A stretch of DNA of 64,000 bases, taken from NCBI GenBank assembly GCA_035315085.1, contig DATFYK010000026.1, forward strand, positions 1,538 to 65,537, given 5' to 3'. A program made the translations under genes and the position numbers. Positions within the stretch are counted from its first letter, which is position 1; each line of letters opens with the position of its first letter. The notes under the pieces were generated by a model. That model saw only the letters and a list, made by a program, of their open reading frames with translations. It searched no databases and was not told where the DNA came from. Of this stretch, positions 38,739 to 49,151 are shown one piece after another. Origin of the DNA: Terracidiphilus sp. Its GTDB lineage: Bacteria > Acidobacteriota > Terriglobia > Terriglobales > Acidobacteriaceae.

Positions 38739-39434
38739 TCATTCCTCGTTGCCGCTCCAACCCTCGGGGATAAAGCGGTAGCCTACCCAGGGCTCGGTCT
38801 GGATGTACTGCTTGCCGGTTTCGGCTTCGAGCTTTTTGCGCAACTGGCCGATGAAGACGCGCAGATACTCGGGCTGGTGGGCCGACTGCGCTCCCCAGAT
38901 GGAGGTGAGCAGGGCGCGATGGGTCATGACCTTTCCGGCGTTGCGGGCCAGATGGAGGAGCAGATCGAATTCCTTGGGGGTGAGATGGATGGGCTGGCCG
39001 AGAACGGTAATGCTGTGGGCGGTCGAGTCCACCACAAAGTCTCCGGCTTCGATGGCGGCGGTGGCGCGTTCCGGGGCGCGGCGCAGGTGGGCGCGCACGC
39101 GGGCCAGCAACTCCTGAATGCCGAAGGGTTTGGTGACGTAATCGTCGGCGCCGGCGTCAAAGGCCTCCACTTTGGAGCGCTCGTGGTCGCGGACGGAGAG
39201 AACCAGCACCGGCGTGGCGGAGCGGGCGCGGATGGCGCGGGTGACCTCAACGCCGGACATGCCGGGCATCATGAGGTCGGTTACCACCAGGTCGGGCGGC
39301 CAATCGCGGAAGAGCTGCAAGGCCTCCTCAGGATCGTTGGCCGTGCGTACGTCATAACCCTGCGCGGAGAGCGCGGCGCGCAACACACGGGTGATTTGCG
39401 GTTCGTCATCGATAACCAGGATTCTGCCGGGCAT
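38739..39434 (-). CDS. kdpE: OmpR-family response regulator KdpE
   Basis: ILVIDDEPQI, GADDYVTKPF, YLRVFIGQLRKKLE, TEPWVGYRF; adjacent to kdp operon. Confidence 0.9.
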   Translation of the reverse strand: MPGRILVIDDEPQITRVLRAALSAQGYDVRTANDPEEALQLFRDWPPDLVVTDLMMPGMSGVEVTRAIRARSATPVLVLSVRDHERSKVEAFDAGADDYVTKPFGIQELLARVRAHLRRAPERATAAIEAGDFVVDSTAHSITVLGQPIHLTPKEFDLLLHLARNAGKVMTHRALLTSIWGAQSAHQPEYLRVFIGQLRKKLEAETGKQYIQTEPWVGYRFIPEGWSGNEE

Positions 39435-39501
39435 CGCGTTCTTCTTTCTTTAGAAGATTACATCATTCGCCCGGACGGGTATGATTCGGGTGAGGAAGAT
39501 C

Positions 39502-41082
39502 ATGGACGCGCGTTTGTGCTTGCGGCGGGCTCTGCGGTGGTTCGTGGCCACGCTGGTGGCGATGCTGACCACGCTGGCACTGGTGTGGATGGGCGCCAAC
39601 TCGACGGCCGCGGGGATGGTTTTTCTGGTGCTGGTAGTGTGGTCGGCGACCCAGGCCGGCATATGGCTCGCGCTTTATATCGCAGTTCTTTGCGCTTTCT
39701 CATTCGATTACTTTTTCCTGCTTCCCTACCACACGCTCCGGCTGGCCAGCGCACAGGAGTGGGTGGCCATGGTTTCATTTCTGGCCTGTTGCGTGGTGGT
39801 GGGCCGCGTGGCGGAGCTGGCCCGCAGGCAGACGCGCCAGGCCGAACAGCGGCGGGAGGACGTGGAACGGCTCTACGAGCTGAGCCAGGAGATGATGCTG
39901 TACGAGGACGCGGAAGGGCTGATCCGCGACCTGCCCCGGCTCATCCACCGCATCTTCGCGCTGGATGGGGTGGTACTGTACGTGCGCGATCAAGACCAGT
40001 TCTACTCCTCAGCGCCCGATTATCCGCAGAGCCTGCAACCGACCATGCAGGCCATGACGCAGGGCCAGAATCCCACGATTACCACGCAGGCGGGCTTCTA
40101 TAGCACGGCGCTTATGCTGGGGATGCGGCCAGTGGGCGCTCTGGGCTGGCGGCCGGCGCGGCTTTCCCGCGAGGTGGCCACAGCGGTAAGTGCACAGGTG
40201 GCCATCGTGCTGGCGCGGTCGATCGCCATCGAGGCCTCGGCGCGCATGGAGGCGGCACGCGAAGGAGAACGGCTGCGCACGGCGCTGATCGACTCGCTGA
40301 CCCACGAGCTGCGCACCCCGCTGACATCCATCCGCGCCGCGGCCACCACGCTTCGGGAGGCCAATGGGCTGGATGAGGCCGGGCGGCTGGACCTGGCGGC
40401 CATCGTCGATGAGGAGTCCGCGCGGCTGGATACGCTGATTGGCGAGGCCGTCGAAATGGCCGAGATCGACGCCAACGTGGTGCAGGTCCGCTCCGTTCCG
40501 CAGCATCCCCGCGCGCTGCTGGAGCAGGCGGTGGAAGAGTCGCGGGCGGCGCTGGCGGGGCACCGGGTGACGATCACCGTGGAGGAGCCGGACAGACTGG
40601 GCGAGACAGACAGGCCCGCGTGGTTCGATCCGCACCTGCTGGGCCGGGTGTTGCGGCACCTTTTGGAGAACGCTGCGCGCTTCACGCCCCCCGGCGGGCG
40701 GATTACGCTGAGCAGCCGTCGCACCGGGGAGCGCCTGGAGTTCTGCGTGCAGGACAACGGGCCGGGCATTGATGCGCTCGATTTACCGCTGATCTTCGAG
40801 AAGTTTTACCGGGGCAAGAAGAGTTCGAGCGGCGGGAAGGGAACTGGGATGGGGTTGGCGATCGCCCGCGCCATTCTGGCCGCGCATGGCGGAGGGATCG
40901 AGGCTTCCAGCGTTCCGGGCAAGGGCGCCAGCTTCCGGTTCTGGGTACCGCTGGTGGAGAAGGAAGCGGGGAGCGATCGGTCCAAAGTGGAAGATCGTGC
41001 CGCGCGAGGCTCGCTGGAGAAGCTCAAAAGCGTTCTGGCGAAGGTGAGCGATGCTCAGCCGGAAGAGGCAGACCGGCTGTAA
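39502..41082 (+). CDS. kdpD: KdpD-type sensor kinase lacking the N-terminal KdpD/USP domains (4TM, GAF-like, HisKA, HATPase)
   Basis: FDYFFLLPYHTL, ERLRTALIDSLTHELRTPLTSI, DNGPGI, FEKFYRG, GTGMGLAI; GAGGA RBS before ATG 39502. Confidence 0.8.
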   Translation: MDARLCLRRALRWFVATLVAMLTTLALVWMGANSTAAGMVFLVLVVWSATQAGIWLALYIAVLCAFSFDYFFLLPYHTLRLASAQEWVAMVSFLACCVVVGRVAELARRQTRQAEQRREDVERLYELSQEMMLYEDAEGLIRDLPRLIHRIFALDGVVLYVRDQDQFYSSAPDYPQSLQPTMQAMTQGQNPTITTQAGFYSTALMLGMRPVGALGWRPARLSREVATAVSAQVAIVLARSIAIEASARMEAAREGERLRTALIDSLTHELRTPLTSIRAAATTLREANGLDEAGRLDLAAIVDEESARLDTLIGEAVEMAEIDANVVQVRSVPQHPRALLEQAVEESRAALAGHRVTITVEEPDRLGETDRPAWFDPHLLGRVLRHLLENAARFTPPGGRITLSSRRTGERLEFCVQDNGPGIDALDLPLIFEKFYRGKKSSSGGKGTGMGLAIARAILAAHGGGIEASSVPGKGASFRFWVPLVEKEAGSDRSKVEDRAARGSLEKLKSVLAKVSDAQPEEADRL

Positions 41083-41110
41083 TAGCAAATCGAACAGTAA
41101 TTAAGTGATC

Positions 41111-41722
41111 TCACTTCGGAGCAGCCACAACATCCTGGTCCCGAAACCGGTGGAGAGTAACTGCAACGGCTTCTTTGCCCAATTTGGGATTCGCCTTTAC
41201 GAAAGCATCTATCTTTCGACGGTATGAACTAGCGGACTTTGAATAGATTTCAGTTGGATCCGGAACCTGGGTTTTCAGGCACCAGAGATAACCTTCTAAA
41301 AATCCAAGTTGTTCATCTTCGTTCATTTGAAACCAGAAATCGCCGTCCAGATACCAGTGTGCATTCTTCCATACCTCTGGATTACTCTTATCCACATCCT
41401 TGCTGGGTTTGGGATGATCCACAACCTTCTCCCACACATCGATGACGTTGAGAGTCGCCGATCCGGGATGCATTTTATAGAAATTGTCGATCTTGTCCAT
41501 GATCTGCTCAGGAGTCTCGCTGAACCCTGTTTTATGCGCCGTCCATGTCATGCAGTCAGAAAGCCCATGAAGAAATCCATAACGCTCTGCTTCATCTGTA
41601 TTGAGCCACCATTCCCGCGCGTAAGATGGCTTTGATGGAATAGAACCGTTGACGGGCTGCGCTGACTGAGACCAAGCGCCTGTTGTCAGCGATAAAACAA
41701 TTAAGCACAAAAGGCTTCGCAT
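41111..41722 (-). CDS. Secreted hypothetical protein with an internal two-fold repeat
   Basis: Signal peptide (GAWS-Q), GGAG RBS, repeats W....E.E..GFL.G...C; AT-richer than neighbours. Confidence 0.7.
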   Translation of the reverse strand: MRSLLCLIVLSLTTGAWSQSAQPVNGSIPSKPSYAREWWLNTDEAERYGFLHGLSDCMTWTAHKTGFSETPEQIMDKIDNFYKMHPGSATLNVIDVWEKVVDHPKPSKDVDKSNPEVWKNAHWYLDGDFWFQMNEDEQLGFLEGYLWCLKTQVPDPTEIYSKSASSYRRKIDAFVKANPKLGKEAVAVTLHRFRDQDVVAAPK

Positions 41723-41784
41723 AGACTCTCCATTTCAGTACACTTCGACTCTTCACTCCAATCGCAGACGATTTCGCGGCCCAC

Positions 41785-42171
41785 TCAAGCACCCGCGCCG
41801 CGCTCAAACCTGATTTTCTTCGACAGCGTCTTGCGGATGGGACACGCGCCGGCGGCTTGAAGCAGCCTGTTCCGTTGCTCCTCTGTCAGTTCACCGTCCA
41901 GTTCGACTTCATACCGGAACACAACTTCATCGGGATGGGTTCTGTCCAGGCTCACATTCGCGGTCACGACCCGCAGAGGGATTCCGTGGTTGTCCGCGTA
42001 CATGCGCACCGTCATGTTCACACATGCGGCCAGGGCCGCCTCCAGCAGGTCATGGGGCCGGAAACCGGAATGCTGCCCGCCTTTGTCGGCAGTCGTGTCG
42101 GAGACGCCCTCGTGCTTGCCGTCGGAGAACCGGGTTTGATATCGAGTCAAGTCGCTCTTGGCGCAGATCAT
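41785..42171 (-). CDS. OsmC/YhfA family protein
   Basis: GFRPHDLLEAALAAC...MYA and CPIRKTL two-Cys pattern. Confidence 0.88.
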   Translation of the reverse strand: MICAKSDLTRYQTRFSDGKHEGVSDTTADKGGQHSGFRPHDLLEAALAACVNMTVRMYADNHGIPLRVVTANVSLDRTHPDEVVFRYEVELDGELTEEQRNRLLQAAGACPIRKTLSKKIRFERGAGA

Positions 42172-42189
42172 TTCACTATTATTACCCGA

Positions 42190-43932
42190 TTAGCCTTCCA
42201 GCTTATACCGGGTTTCAGCCAGGCGGTAGAGGCGGCGCCAGACGAGGCGGTTCATAGTGACGACCATGAGGGAGATCATGATTGTGGCCAGCAGCAGGAT
42301 GGGAAAACGGCCCGTGTCGGTGGCGGCGTCGATCTGCGCGCCCAGGCCGATGGTCTGGAGGGTACGGTCCTGGACGTGGGAGTATTCAGCAAAAACCGAA
42401 GCGTTCCAGGCTCCGCCGGAGGCTGTGACCATGCCGGTGATGAGGTAGGGGAAGATTCCGGGGAGAATGAGTTTGGTCCAGCGCTGCCAGCGGGTGAAGT
42501 GGAAGAGGGAGGAGACTTCGCGGAGGTCGGAGGGGATGGACATGGCTCCGGCGATGACGTTGAAGAGGATGTACCACTGCGTGCCGAGGAGCATAAGAAC
42601 GATGGAGCCGATGCCCAGGCCGCCGCCGATTTTGACCAAGCCGATGAGCAGGATGGGGAAGAAGGCCGTGGCCGGGACGGAAGCCAATATCTGCGCAAGC
42701 GGCTGCACGAAGCGGGCGAGCCTGGGGCTGAAGCCGATGGCGACGCCGACGGGGATGGTCCAGGCGGCGGAGATGAGCAGGGCTGTGTTTACGCGGAGAA
42801 AGGTGGCTCCGGCGCCCTCCAGCAGCAGGCGCAGTTCGTGCCAGGTGACGGTGCGGAGCATGAGGATAGCCTGCGTGGCGCCCCAACCTGCAACGATGAT
42901 TGCGGTCACGGCCAGAGCCCAGAGTCCGGCGGAGGCTTTGCCGGTCTGGCCTTCATCCAGCGGATGGACGATGCGGCAGTCTTTGGTGAGGGCCATGCGG
43001 CGGTAGATGGGTTCATCAACCCTGGCAAAGATGCGGCCGGGCAGGGAAGTAAGCAGGCTGGAGCGGCGGAGCAGTTCAAGGACGGGAGAAGCAACGCGGT
43101 CGGCGGACTCGACCTGCTCGATTTTGAACTTGTCGCTCCAGGCGATGAGCGGGCGCCAGGCCAGCTGATCGGTGGCGACGACGATGAGGATCACAACCGC
43201 GAATCCAGCCACAAGCGCGCGCATGTCGGCGGAGTCAGCGGCGGTCTGCAGGTAGCTGCCCAGGCCGGGCAACTGGAAGTTGCGAGTGCCCATGGTGAAC
43301 ATCTCGCAGGCCATGAGGGCAAACCATCCGCCGGCGACGGAGACGATGGAGTTCCAGACCAGGCCGATGGCGGCGAAGGGCATTTGAAGCTGCCAGAAGC
43401 GCTGCCAGGCGGAGTAGCGATAGATGCGCGAGGCTTCCAGCATCTCCCTGGGGATGGTCTTCAACGAGGAATAGAAACTGAAGGCGAGGTTCCAGACCTG
43501 GCCGGTGAAGATGAGCAGGATAACGCCCATTTCGATGCCCATCTGACGGCCCGGAACGAGCGCGACCATGGCCAGCACGACAGGGGGCAGAAAGCTGAGC
43601 ACGGGAATGGATTGCAGGATATCGAGGACCGCGATCATCCAGGGTTCGAGGCGGGGGCTATGCGCGGCGGTGTAGCCATAGGCGACGGCGAAGAGCAGGC
43701 TGAGCACGTACGCGATGCCGATGCGCACGATGGAGTAAAAGGCGTAGACCGGCAGCGCGCCAATGGAGTGCGAGATGGGCACCACGGGAATCGGTTTGCC
43801 CAGCCAGTAGACGCCGGTGCTGACGATAGAGAAGAAGATGGTCAGCGCACAGGCGGCCACTCCCAGATCGATGAGGAACGGCCAGGCGCGGGCACTGACC
43901 GGCGTTCGCGCAAGGGGGTGCTGGAGCTTCAC
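42190..43932 (-). CDS. ABC transporter permease with two fused TM domains (NitT/TauT-like)
   Basis: DILQSIPVLSFLP, two EAA-like loops; overlaps the ATPase stop codon. Confidence 0.9.
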   Translation of the reverse strand: MKLQHPLARTPVSARAWPFLIDLGVAACALTIFFSIVSTGVYWLGKPIPVVPISHSIGALPVYAFYSIVRIGIAYVLSLLFAVAYGYTAAHSPRLEPWMIAVLDILQSIPVLSFLPPVVLAMVALVPGRQMGIEMGVILLIFTGQVWNLAFSFYSSLKTIPREMLEASRIYRYSAWQRFWQLQMPFAAIGLVWNSIVSVAGGWFALMACEMFTMGTRNFQLPGLGSYLQTAADSADMRALVAGFAVVILIVVATDQLAWRPLIAWSDKFKIEQVESADRVASPVLELLRRSSLLTSLPGRIFARVDEPIYRRMALTKDCRIVHPLDEGQTGKASAGLWALAVTAIIVAGWGATQAILMLRTVTWHELRLLLEGAGATFLRVNTALLISAAWTIPVGVAIGFSPRLARFVQPLAQILASVPATAFFPILLIGLVKIGGGLGIGSIVLMLLGTQWYILFNVIAGAMSIPSDLREVSSLFHFTRWQRWTKLILPGIFPYLITGMVTASGGAWNASVFAEYSHVQDRTLQTIGLGAQIDAATDTGRFPILLLATIMISLMVVTMNRLVWRRLYRLAETRYKLEG

Positions 43933-45311
43933 TCGCTGTCCTCGCTGGCGGCAATCTCTTCATCCTGCGCGTCGGGCAATACGAAGCGGCGGCGGCCGGC
44001 GTCATAGTCGAACAGCTCGGCGTAGCGTCCCCAGGCGACGGCGGTTTCCATCTGGCGCAGACATTCCTCCTCGCTGAACTGCTCGTTGAGCATGTCGAGG
44101 AAGAAGTCCTCGGGGATGGTGTGGTCGCTCTTGGCTTCGAGGGCGCGGCGAATCTGGCGGAGCAGCAAGACATTGGCCACGGCGGCGTCGCGGAAGAGCT
44201 CTTTCTGGCGGAGAATTTCAGAGTTGGCAAACTCGGCGCCACTGGGGGTGATGGCCGCGTCGCCTTCTTCGACCTTGAGGAAACCGAGCAGTTCCGCGGC
44301 ATCGACGATGGGCAGCAGGTCGTCGATCTCGAAGGCCAGATCGTCGGCCAGACGGTAGATGTCGTCGCGCCCGCCCTTGTCGAGCAGGAGTTCGAGTAGA
44401 CCGGCCATGCCGCCGGGGCGGGCGTGGGGCAGCATCTGATAGTGCATCTGGCGCTGGTCGCGAACCCGGACCTGTTGATCGGGCGCCTCGTCAGGGGCCA
44501 CATCAGGCTTGGTGAGCACCTTGTAGATGTAGTCGACCAGTTGCGTGAAGGGCTCGGATTTGCGGTCGCGGGGCTGCGGGAGCTGGACGCGGAAGTCGGT
44601 GCGGATGTGGCCGGGGTTGCGGCCGAAGACGATGATGCGGTCGGCAAGAAGGACGGCTTCTTCGATGTTGTGGGTGACGAGAAAGACGGCCTTGGTGGGC
44701 ATGGTCTTGTTGGCCCATAGCTCCAGCAGTTCGCTGCGCAGGTTTTCGGCGGTCAGCACGTCGAGCGCGGAGAAGGGCTCATCCATGAAGAGCACCTCCG
44801 GCTCGACGACCAGGGCGCGGGCAAAGCCGACCCGCTGCTTCATTCCGCCGGAGAGTTCCTTGGGATAGGCGGCTTCAAAGCCGTCCAGGCCGACCGTGTC
44901 CAACATCTTCATGCTGCGGTCACGGCGCACATCCGGGGCGATGCCGCGGGCTTGCAGCGGCGCTTCGACGTTTTCGAGCACCGTGAGCCAGGGAAAGAGC
45001 GCAAAACTCTGAAAGACGATGGAGACGTTGATCTCAGCGCCGGCGATGGGCTTCTCGTGCCAGTAGACCTGGCCGGCGGTGGGCGTGGAGAGCCCGGTCA
45101 ACATGCGCAGCATGGTGGATTTTCCAGAACCGGAGGGGCCCAGCAAAGCGAGAATCTCTCCGGGCACGATGGAGAGGTCGGTCGCCGAGATGACCTGAAT
45201 GCGGTTCTCGCTGGGCTGCGCGTAGTACTTCTCGACCTTCTCGGCGCGAATGATCGGTTCAACGACTGGGACAGGGGCTGGGGTCTGGTTGGGGACGCCG
45301 GTTTCCTGCAT
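43929..45311 (-). CDS. ABC transporter ATP-binding protein (NitT/TauT-like) with C-terminal associated domain
   Basis: GPSGSGKST, LSGGMKQRV, MDEPFSALD, VTH; C-terminal WGRYAELF domain. Confidence 0.93.
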   Translation of the reverse strand: MQETGVPNQTPAPVPVVEPIIRAEKVEKYYAQPSENRIQVISATDLSIVPGEILALLGPSGSGKSTMLRMLTGLSTPTAGQVYWHEKPIAGAEINVSIVFQSFALFPWLTVLENVEAPLQARGIAPDVRRDRSMKMLDTVGLDGFEAAYPKELSGGMKQRVGFARALVVEPEVLFMDEPFSALDVLTAENLRSELLELWANKTMPTKAVFLVTHNIEEAVLLADRIIVFGRNPGHIRTDFRVQLPQPRDRKSEPFTQLVDYIYKVLTKPDVAPDEAPDQQVRVRDQRQMHYQMLPHARPGGMAGLLELLLDKGGRDDIYRLADDLAFEIDDLLPIVDAAELLGFLKVEEGDAAITPSGAEFANSEILRQKELFRDAAVANVLLLRQIRRALEAKSDHTIPEDFFLDMLNEQFSEEECLRQMETAVAWGRYAELFDYDAGRRRFVLPDAQDEEIAASEDSE

Positions 45312-45627
45312 GGGTGGTTCTCCGGTTGAGGTCCGCTGCCATAGCCGCGGCCGGTTATTGTTTCCAGTCTATTGTTGGCCGGTTGCTCCCAGATGAATCG
45401 GCGTTCGCAGCCGCGCCTTGGGTCCACGGGGTGGTTTGCGGCCGCTTGCCGTTGGCTTATGCCGCATCGAGGTCAAGAGGCTTGCAGAGAATCGCTCAAG
45501 CTGAGCGTATCATTGTAGGAAAGCGTCTTGCCAGGGAAGTGAATTCACATTTCGCCGTCAGGCGGCGCGTTGTGGAGTCGCACAGCAGCGCGCCGTCCTG
45601 CCAATTCCATCATGGGTCCAGGAGAGT

Positions 45628-45999
45628 ATGCCGGAAAACACCGCTAAGCCCAAGGTGATGGTTGTCGACGACGAACGTGTGATCGCCGACTCGCTGGCCA
45701 TGATCCTGAACCAGAGCGGCTTTGAGGCTCGCGCCGTTTATTCCGGCGAAAAGGCCCTCGAAGCGGCTCCCACCTTCAAGCCGGACATGCTCATCTCCGA
45801 CGTGATCATGGCCGACTTGAACGGAATCGATGCGGCGATCCGTATCCGCGCCTTGCTGCCGCAGATCAAGATTCTACTTTTCTCCGGCCAGGCGGCGACG
45901 GCCGATCTGCTGGAAAAGGCGCGCGCCAGGGGCTATGAGTTCGAGATTCTGGCCAAGCCCGTCCATCCCCACGATTTGCTGACCAAACTGCGCGGGTAA
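45628..45999 (+). CDS. Single-domain response regulator (receiver)
   Basis: VMVVDDE, ISDVIM, SG, AKP; AGGAG RBS. Confidence 0.9.
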   Translation: MPENTAKPKVMVVDDERVIADSLAMILNQSGFEARAVYSGEKALEAAPTFKPDMLISDVIMADLNGIDAAIRIRALLPQIKILLFSGQAATADLLEKARARGYEFEILAKPVHPHDLLTKLRG

Positions 46000-46047
46000 A
46001 GTAGCGCTCGGCCCGCGCGGGTCAGCCAGACTGGCCGGGTTGCGCGT

Positions 46048-48861
46048 TCAGCGGCGCGCGTTCAGCTTGTCGAGGACGCGCTTCAAATCGTCAAGCTTCT
46101 GTCCAGCCTCGGCCAGCTTGCCTTCCGACGTGAGGCGCTGGTAATCGGAAAAGTCCTTGCCCCCTTGTGCGATGAGCGCATTGACGTCCGCTGCGGGCTG
46201 CGGCGCGCCTGCTGTTGTTGCGGCGGGTGTGGACTGGGGCGCGGTTTCCGCGGCGCTCAGGGACGAGGACTCGGATCCGAAAAGGGAAGCCAGCGCGGCC
46301 TCGAAGGTTGGCGCGTAGGCGAGCCGGTCTTGTAGCGCGAGCACAACGAGGCGAAGCTCCGGCATGGGGCTGCGCTCGGCCTGGAGGTAGATGGGCTCCG
46401 CGTACAACAATGCGCGCCCGCATGGAATCACGAGCAGGCTGCCGCGCCGCACATGCGAGCCTTGCTGATTCCACAACGTGAGCTGCCCTGAGAGCTGCGC
46501 ATTCTGATCGATGCGCGCCTCGATCTGCTGCGGCCCGTCAACCAGTTTGGTTTTAGGAAAGTCGTAGACCACGGATGTGCCGTAGTGCGCGCCGTCGCTG
46601 CGGCCGGCAATCCAGCCGATCAGGTTGTTTCGATTGGCGGGCGTGAAGGGCAGAATCTCAACGAACTCGAGGCCGGCCTCTCCGGGCAGTTTCATGAGCA
46701 CGAAATTCGGCTGCATCGCCGCCGCCGCTTGTTCCCCGCCCTGGCCCATGGTTTCGGTGGCGACTGTCCACAGATCCTCGCGGTTGTAGAAGACCTCGGG
46801 ATTCGTCATGTGGTACAGGCCGTAGACCGCCGCCTGCAACTGAAGCAGCATCTCGGGGTAGCGCACGTGTTTGCGAAGTCCGGCCGGCATGGCCGAGGCG
46901 TCCTTGAACAGAGCCGGAAAGATGCCGCGCCAGGCGGCCAGGATCGGGTCTTCGCTGTCGAAGACGTAAAAGGTTGTGGTTCCATCGTAGGCGTCGACGA
47001 CCACCTTGACGCTGTTCCGCATATAACTGACGGAATCGCTGTCGAGGCGATAGTGACTGGAGTAGGGATAGCTGTCGGATGTTGTGAACGCATCCATGAT
47101 CCATGAGAGCCGGCCATCCTCGCCGACCACGATGTAGGGGTCCGGATCGTAGGCGAGGAAGGGGGCGAGGGCGGCTACGCGATCGCGCACGTTACGGCGC
47201 ATGAGCAGCCGGCTCTGCGCGTTTACGTCGTCGCTGAAGGGGAGCTTGGCGATATCGCCGCGGTCGAATGCGAGCAGGATGCGGCGGAAGAAACCGCCCA
47301 CGACGATGCCGCCTGCGCCCTCATAGGAGGTGAGGTTGTTGGCCTGGCCCTCGGGGAAGTTGAACTCCTGCTGGCGCGTTTTTACGTAGACGTCGGTGTT
47401 GGTCATTTCGCCGAAATAAATCTCGGGGCGGGTGATGTTGATGCCGCGCACCGTGCTCTGGACGGGCATGTTCGAGAGCATCAGCGTGGGCAAGCCCTCC
47501 GGCGTGAACCCATTGACGGGGTTCATGGTAATGCCGTAGCCGTGGGTGTAGATGAGCTTCTCGTTGATCCAGTTGCGGCTGCTCTCGGGAAGTTTGTCCA
47601 CGTTGAGTTCGCGCGTGGCCAGCATCACCTCGCGCATGGCGCCGTCGATTTCGTAACGATCGATGTCGATGTCGGGAAAGTCGTAGTAGGTGCGAATCTC
47701 CTGAATCTGGCGCAGCGTATCCTTCAGCGCCTGCACGTCCCACAGGCGGATGTTCTGGAGCGTGGGCTGGTTGTCGGCTGAATCGGTTGCGCCTACGGTT
47801 GTCTCCGCGGGGAACTCGCGCAGCGAGAAGCGGTCCAAGCCAAAGGCCTGGCGCGTCATCTCGATGTTGTGTGCGATATAGGGTTGTTCGCGAACCAGTT
47901 CGTTCGGTTTGACGAGAAAGCTGCTGACGTACCAGCCCACCACGCCGACGGCGGCATAACAGACTGCGGCCGGAACGATGGCAGCGAGAAGCCAGCGCCC
48001 CCGGGGCAGGAAGACGGCGCCGGCAAGGGTGATCAACGCACCGAGCACGAGGGCCGCACAAACAAATAACATGCCGGTGAGCGTTACGTGAGCGTCGGTG
48101 TAGGTGACTCCGTCGAAGACCGTGTGGTGTTCAAACAACCGTTCAAAGCGGCCGAGATATACGCGCAGCGCCAGGACGAGGAGCAGGAACCCAAGCGTGG
48201 TGGAGAGCCCGCGCCAGGGCAACGGGATGCCGCCATTCAAACGTCCGCCGAGCGCGCGGGAACTGCCCGTGATGAGGATGAACACCACTGCAAGGATGCA
48301 GGTGAGCACGGCCAGCGTTAACAGCCATCCGGCAATGAGCTGCCAGGCGGGCAGGGTGAACAGATAGAAGTTGAGCGGGTTGCCGAATATGGGGTCTGCC
48401 ACGCTTCCCGTGGAGTGCGGGGCATACCAGAAGAGCGCCAGCGTGGGCCACTGCGCCTCCATCGCCGCGCCTGTCGCCAGAGCGATGATGATGGAGAGAA
48501 CGATCGCGATCAGACGGAGGGAGGAAGCGACGGGCAGGGTGACGGCGTTTCCCGCGATGAAGATGGTGTGATCGGCAGGCAGATCGGCGGAGTGCGCCCG
48601 CTTGAGGGCTGAAATGGCTCCGTAGAGAATGAGGAATGTGACAGCGGCAAAGGCCGCGAAGATGCCCCACTTGAGGCCGAAGGTCTTCCAGAAGACCTCT
48701 CCGTAGCCGAGCGACCGGAACCAGAGCAGGTCAACCCAATACGACAGCGCGGTGCTGCTTCCGAAGACGACGACGGCGATGATGGCGATCAGGAAAAGGA
48801 GTGTGCGGCGGCGTGTCCGCGGCGGCTGTGTCTGGAGTGGCCAATCAATGGAATCGCGCAA
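46048..48861 (-). CDS. UPF0182 family membrane protein
   Basis: DLLWFRSLGY, FYLFTLP, NIRLWD, YTHGYG, RNSVKVVVDAYDG, LYAEPIYLQ. Confidence 0.93.
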   Translation of the reverse strand: MRDSIDWPLQTQPPRTRRRTLLFLIAIIAVVVFGSSTALSYWVDLLWFRSLGYGEVFWKTFGLKWGIFAAFAAVTFLILYGAISALKRAHSADLPADHTIFIAGNAVTLPVASSLRLIAIVLSIIIALATGAAMEAQWPTLALFWYAPHSTGSVADPIFGNPLNFYLFTLPAWQLIAGWLLTLAVLTCILAVVFILITGSSRALGGRLNGGIPLPWRGLSTTLGFLLLVLALRVYLGRFERLFEHHTVFDGVTYTDAHVTLTGMLFVCAALVLGALITLAGAVFLPRGRWLLAAIVPAAVCYAAVGVVGWYVSSFLVKPNELVREQPYIAHNIEMTRQAFGLDRFSLREFPAETTVGATDSADNQPTLQNIRLWDVQALKDTLRQIQEIRTYYDFPDIDIDRYEIDGAMREVMLATRELNVDKLPESSRNWINEKLIYTHGYGITMNPVNGFTPEGLPTLMLSNMPVQSTVRGINITRPEIYFGEMTNTDVYVKTRQQEFNFPEGQANNLTSYEGAGGIVVGGFFRRILLAFDRGDIAKLPFSDDVNAQSRLLMRRNVRDRVAALAPFLAYDPDPYIVVGEDGRLSWIMDAFTTSDSYPYSSHYRLDSDSVSYMRNSVKVVVDAYDGTTTFYVFDSEDPILAAWRGIFPALFKDASAMPAGLRKHVRYPEMLLQLQAAVYGLYHMTNPEVFYNREDLWTVATETMGQGGEQAAAAMQPNFVLMKLPGEAGLEFVEILPFTPANRNNLIGWIAGRSDGAHYGTSVVYDFPKTKLVDGPQQIEARIDQNAQLSGQLTLWNQQGSHVRRGSLLVIPCGRALLYAEPIYLQAERSPMPELRLVVLALQDRLAYAPTFEAALASLFGSESSSLSAAETAPQSTPAATTAGAPQPAADVNALIAQGGKDFSDYQRLTSEGKLAEAGQKLDDLKRVLDKLNARR

Positions 48862-49151
48862 TTTTCTACCCCACCTTATTTGTTTCTTCCGGCTGAGAGA
48901 TTGAGGAGTTGTTCAACGCATGAGCGGGCAAGCGTTTGCGGTTCGCGCGACCCAAGGTTGAGCAAACTCACCCCCATCCACTCTAGTCCTCTTGAACCCT
49001 GTTTGCAGGCGGAAGATGGTTGATGAGGGAAATGGCCGCGGATGGTCACAGGCGACCCCTTGGGAGGATGCGGTCCGGTGGAAATGGCCTTGGCTCGCAG
49101 GTTAGCGAGTCTAACTTATTGTGTTTGTGATGGTTACATAGAATCAGGCTC

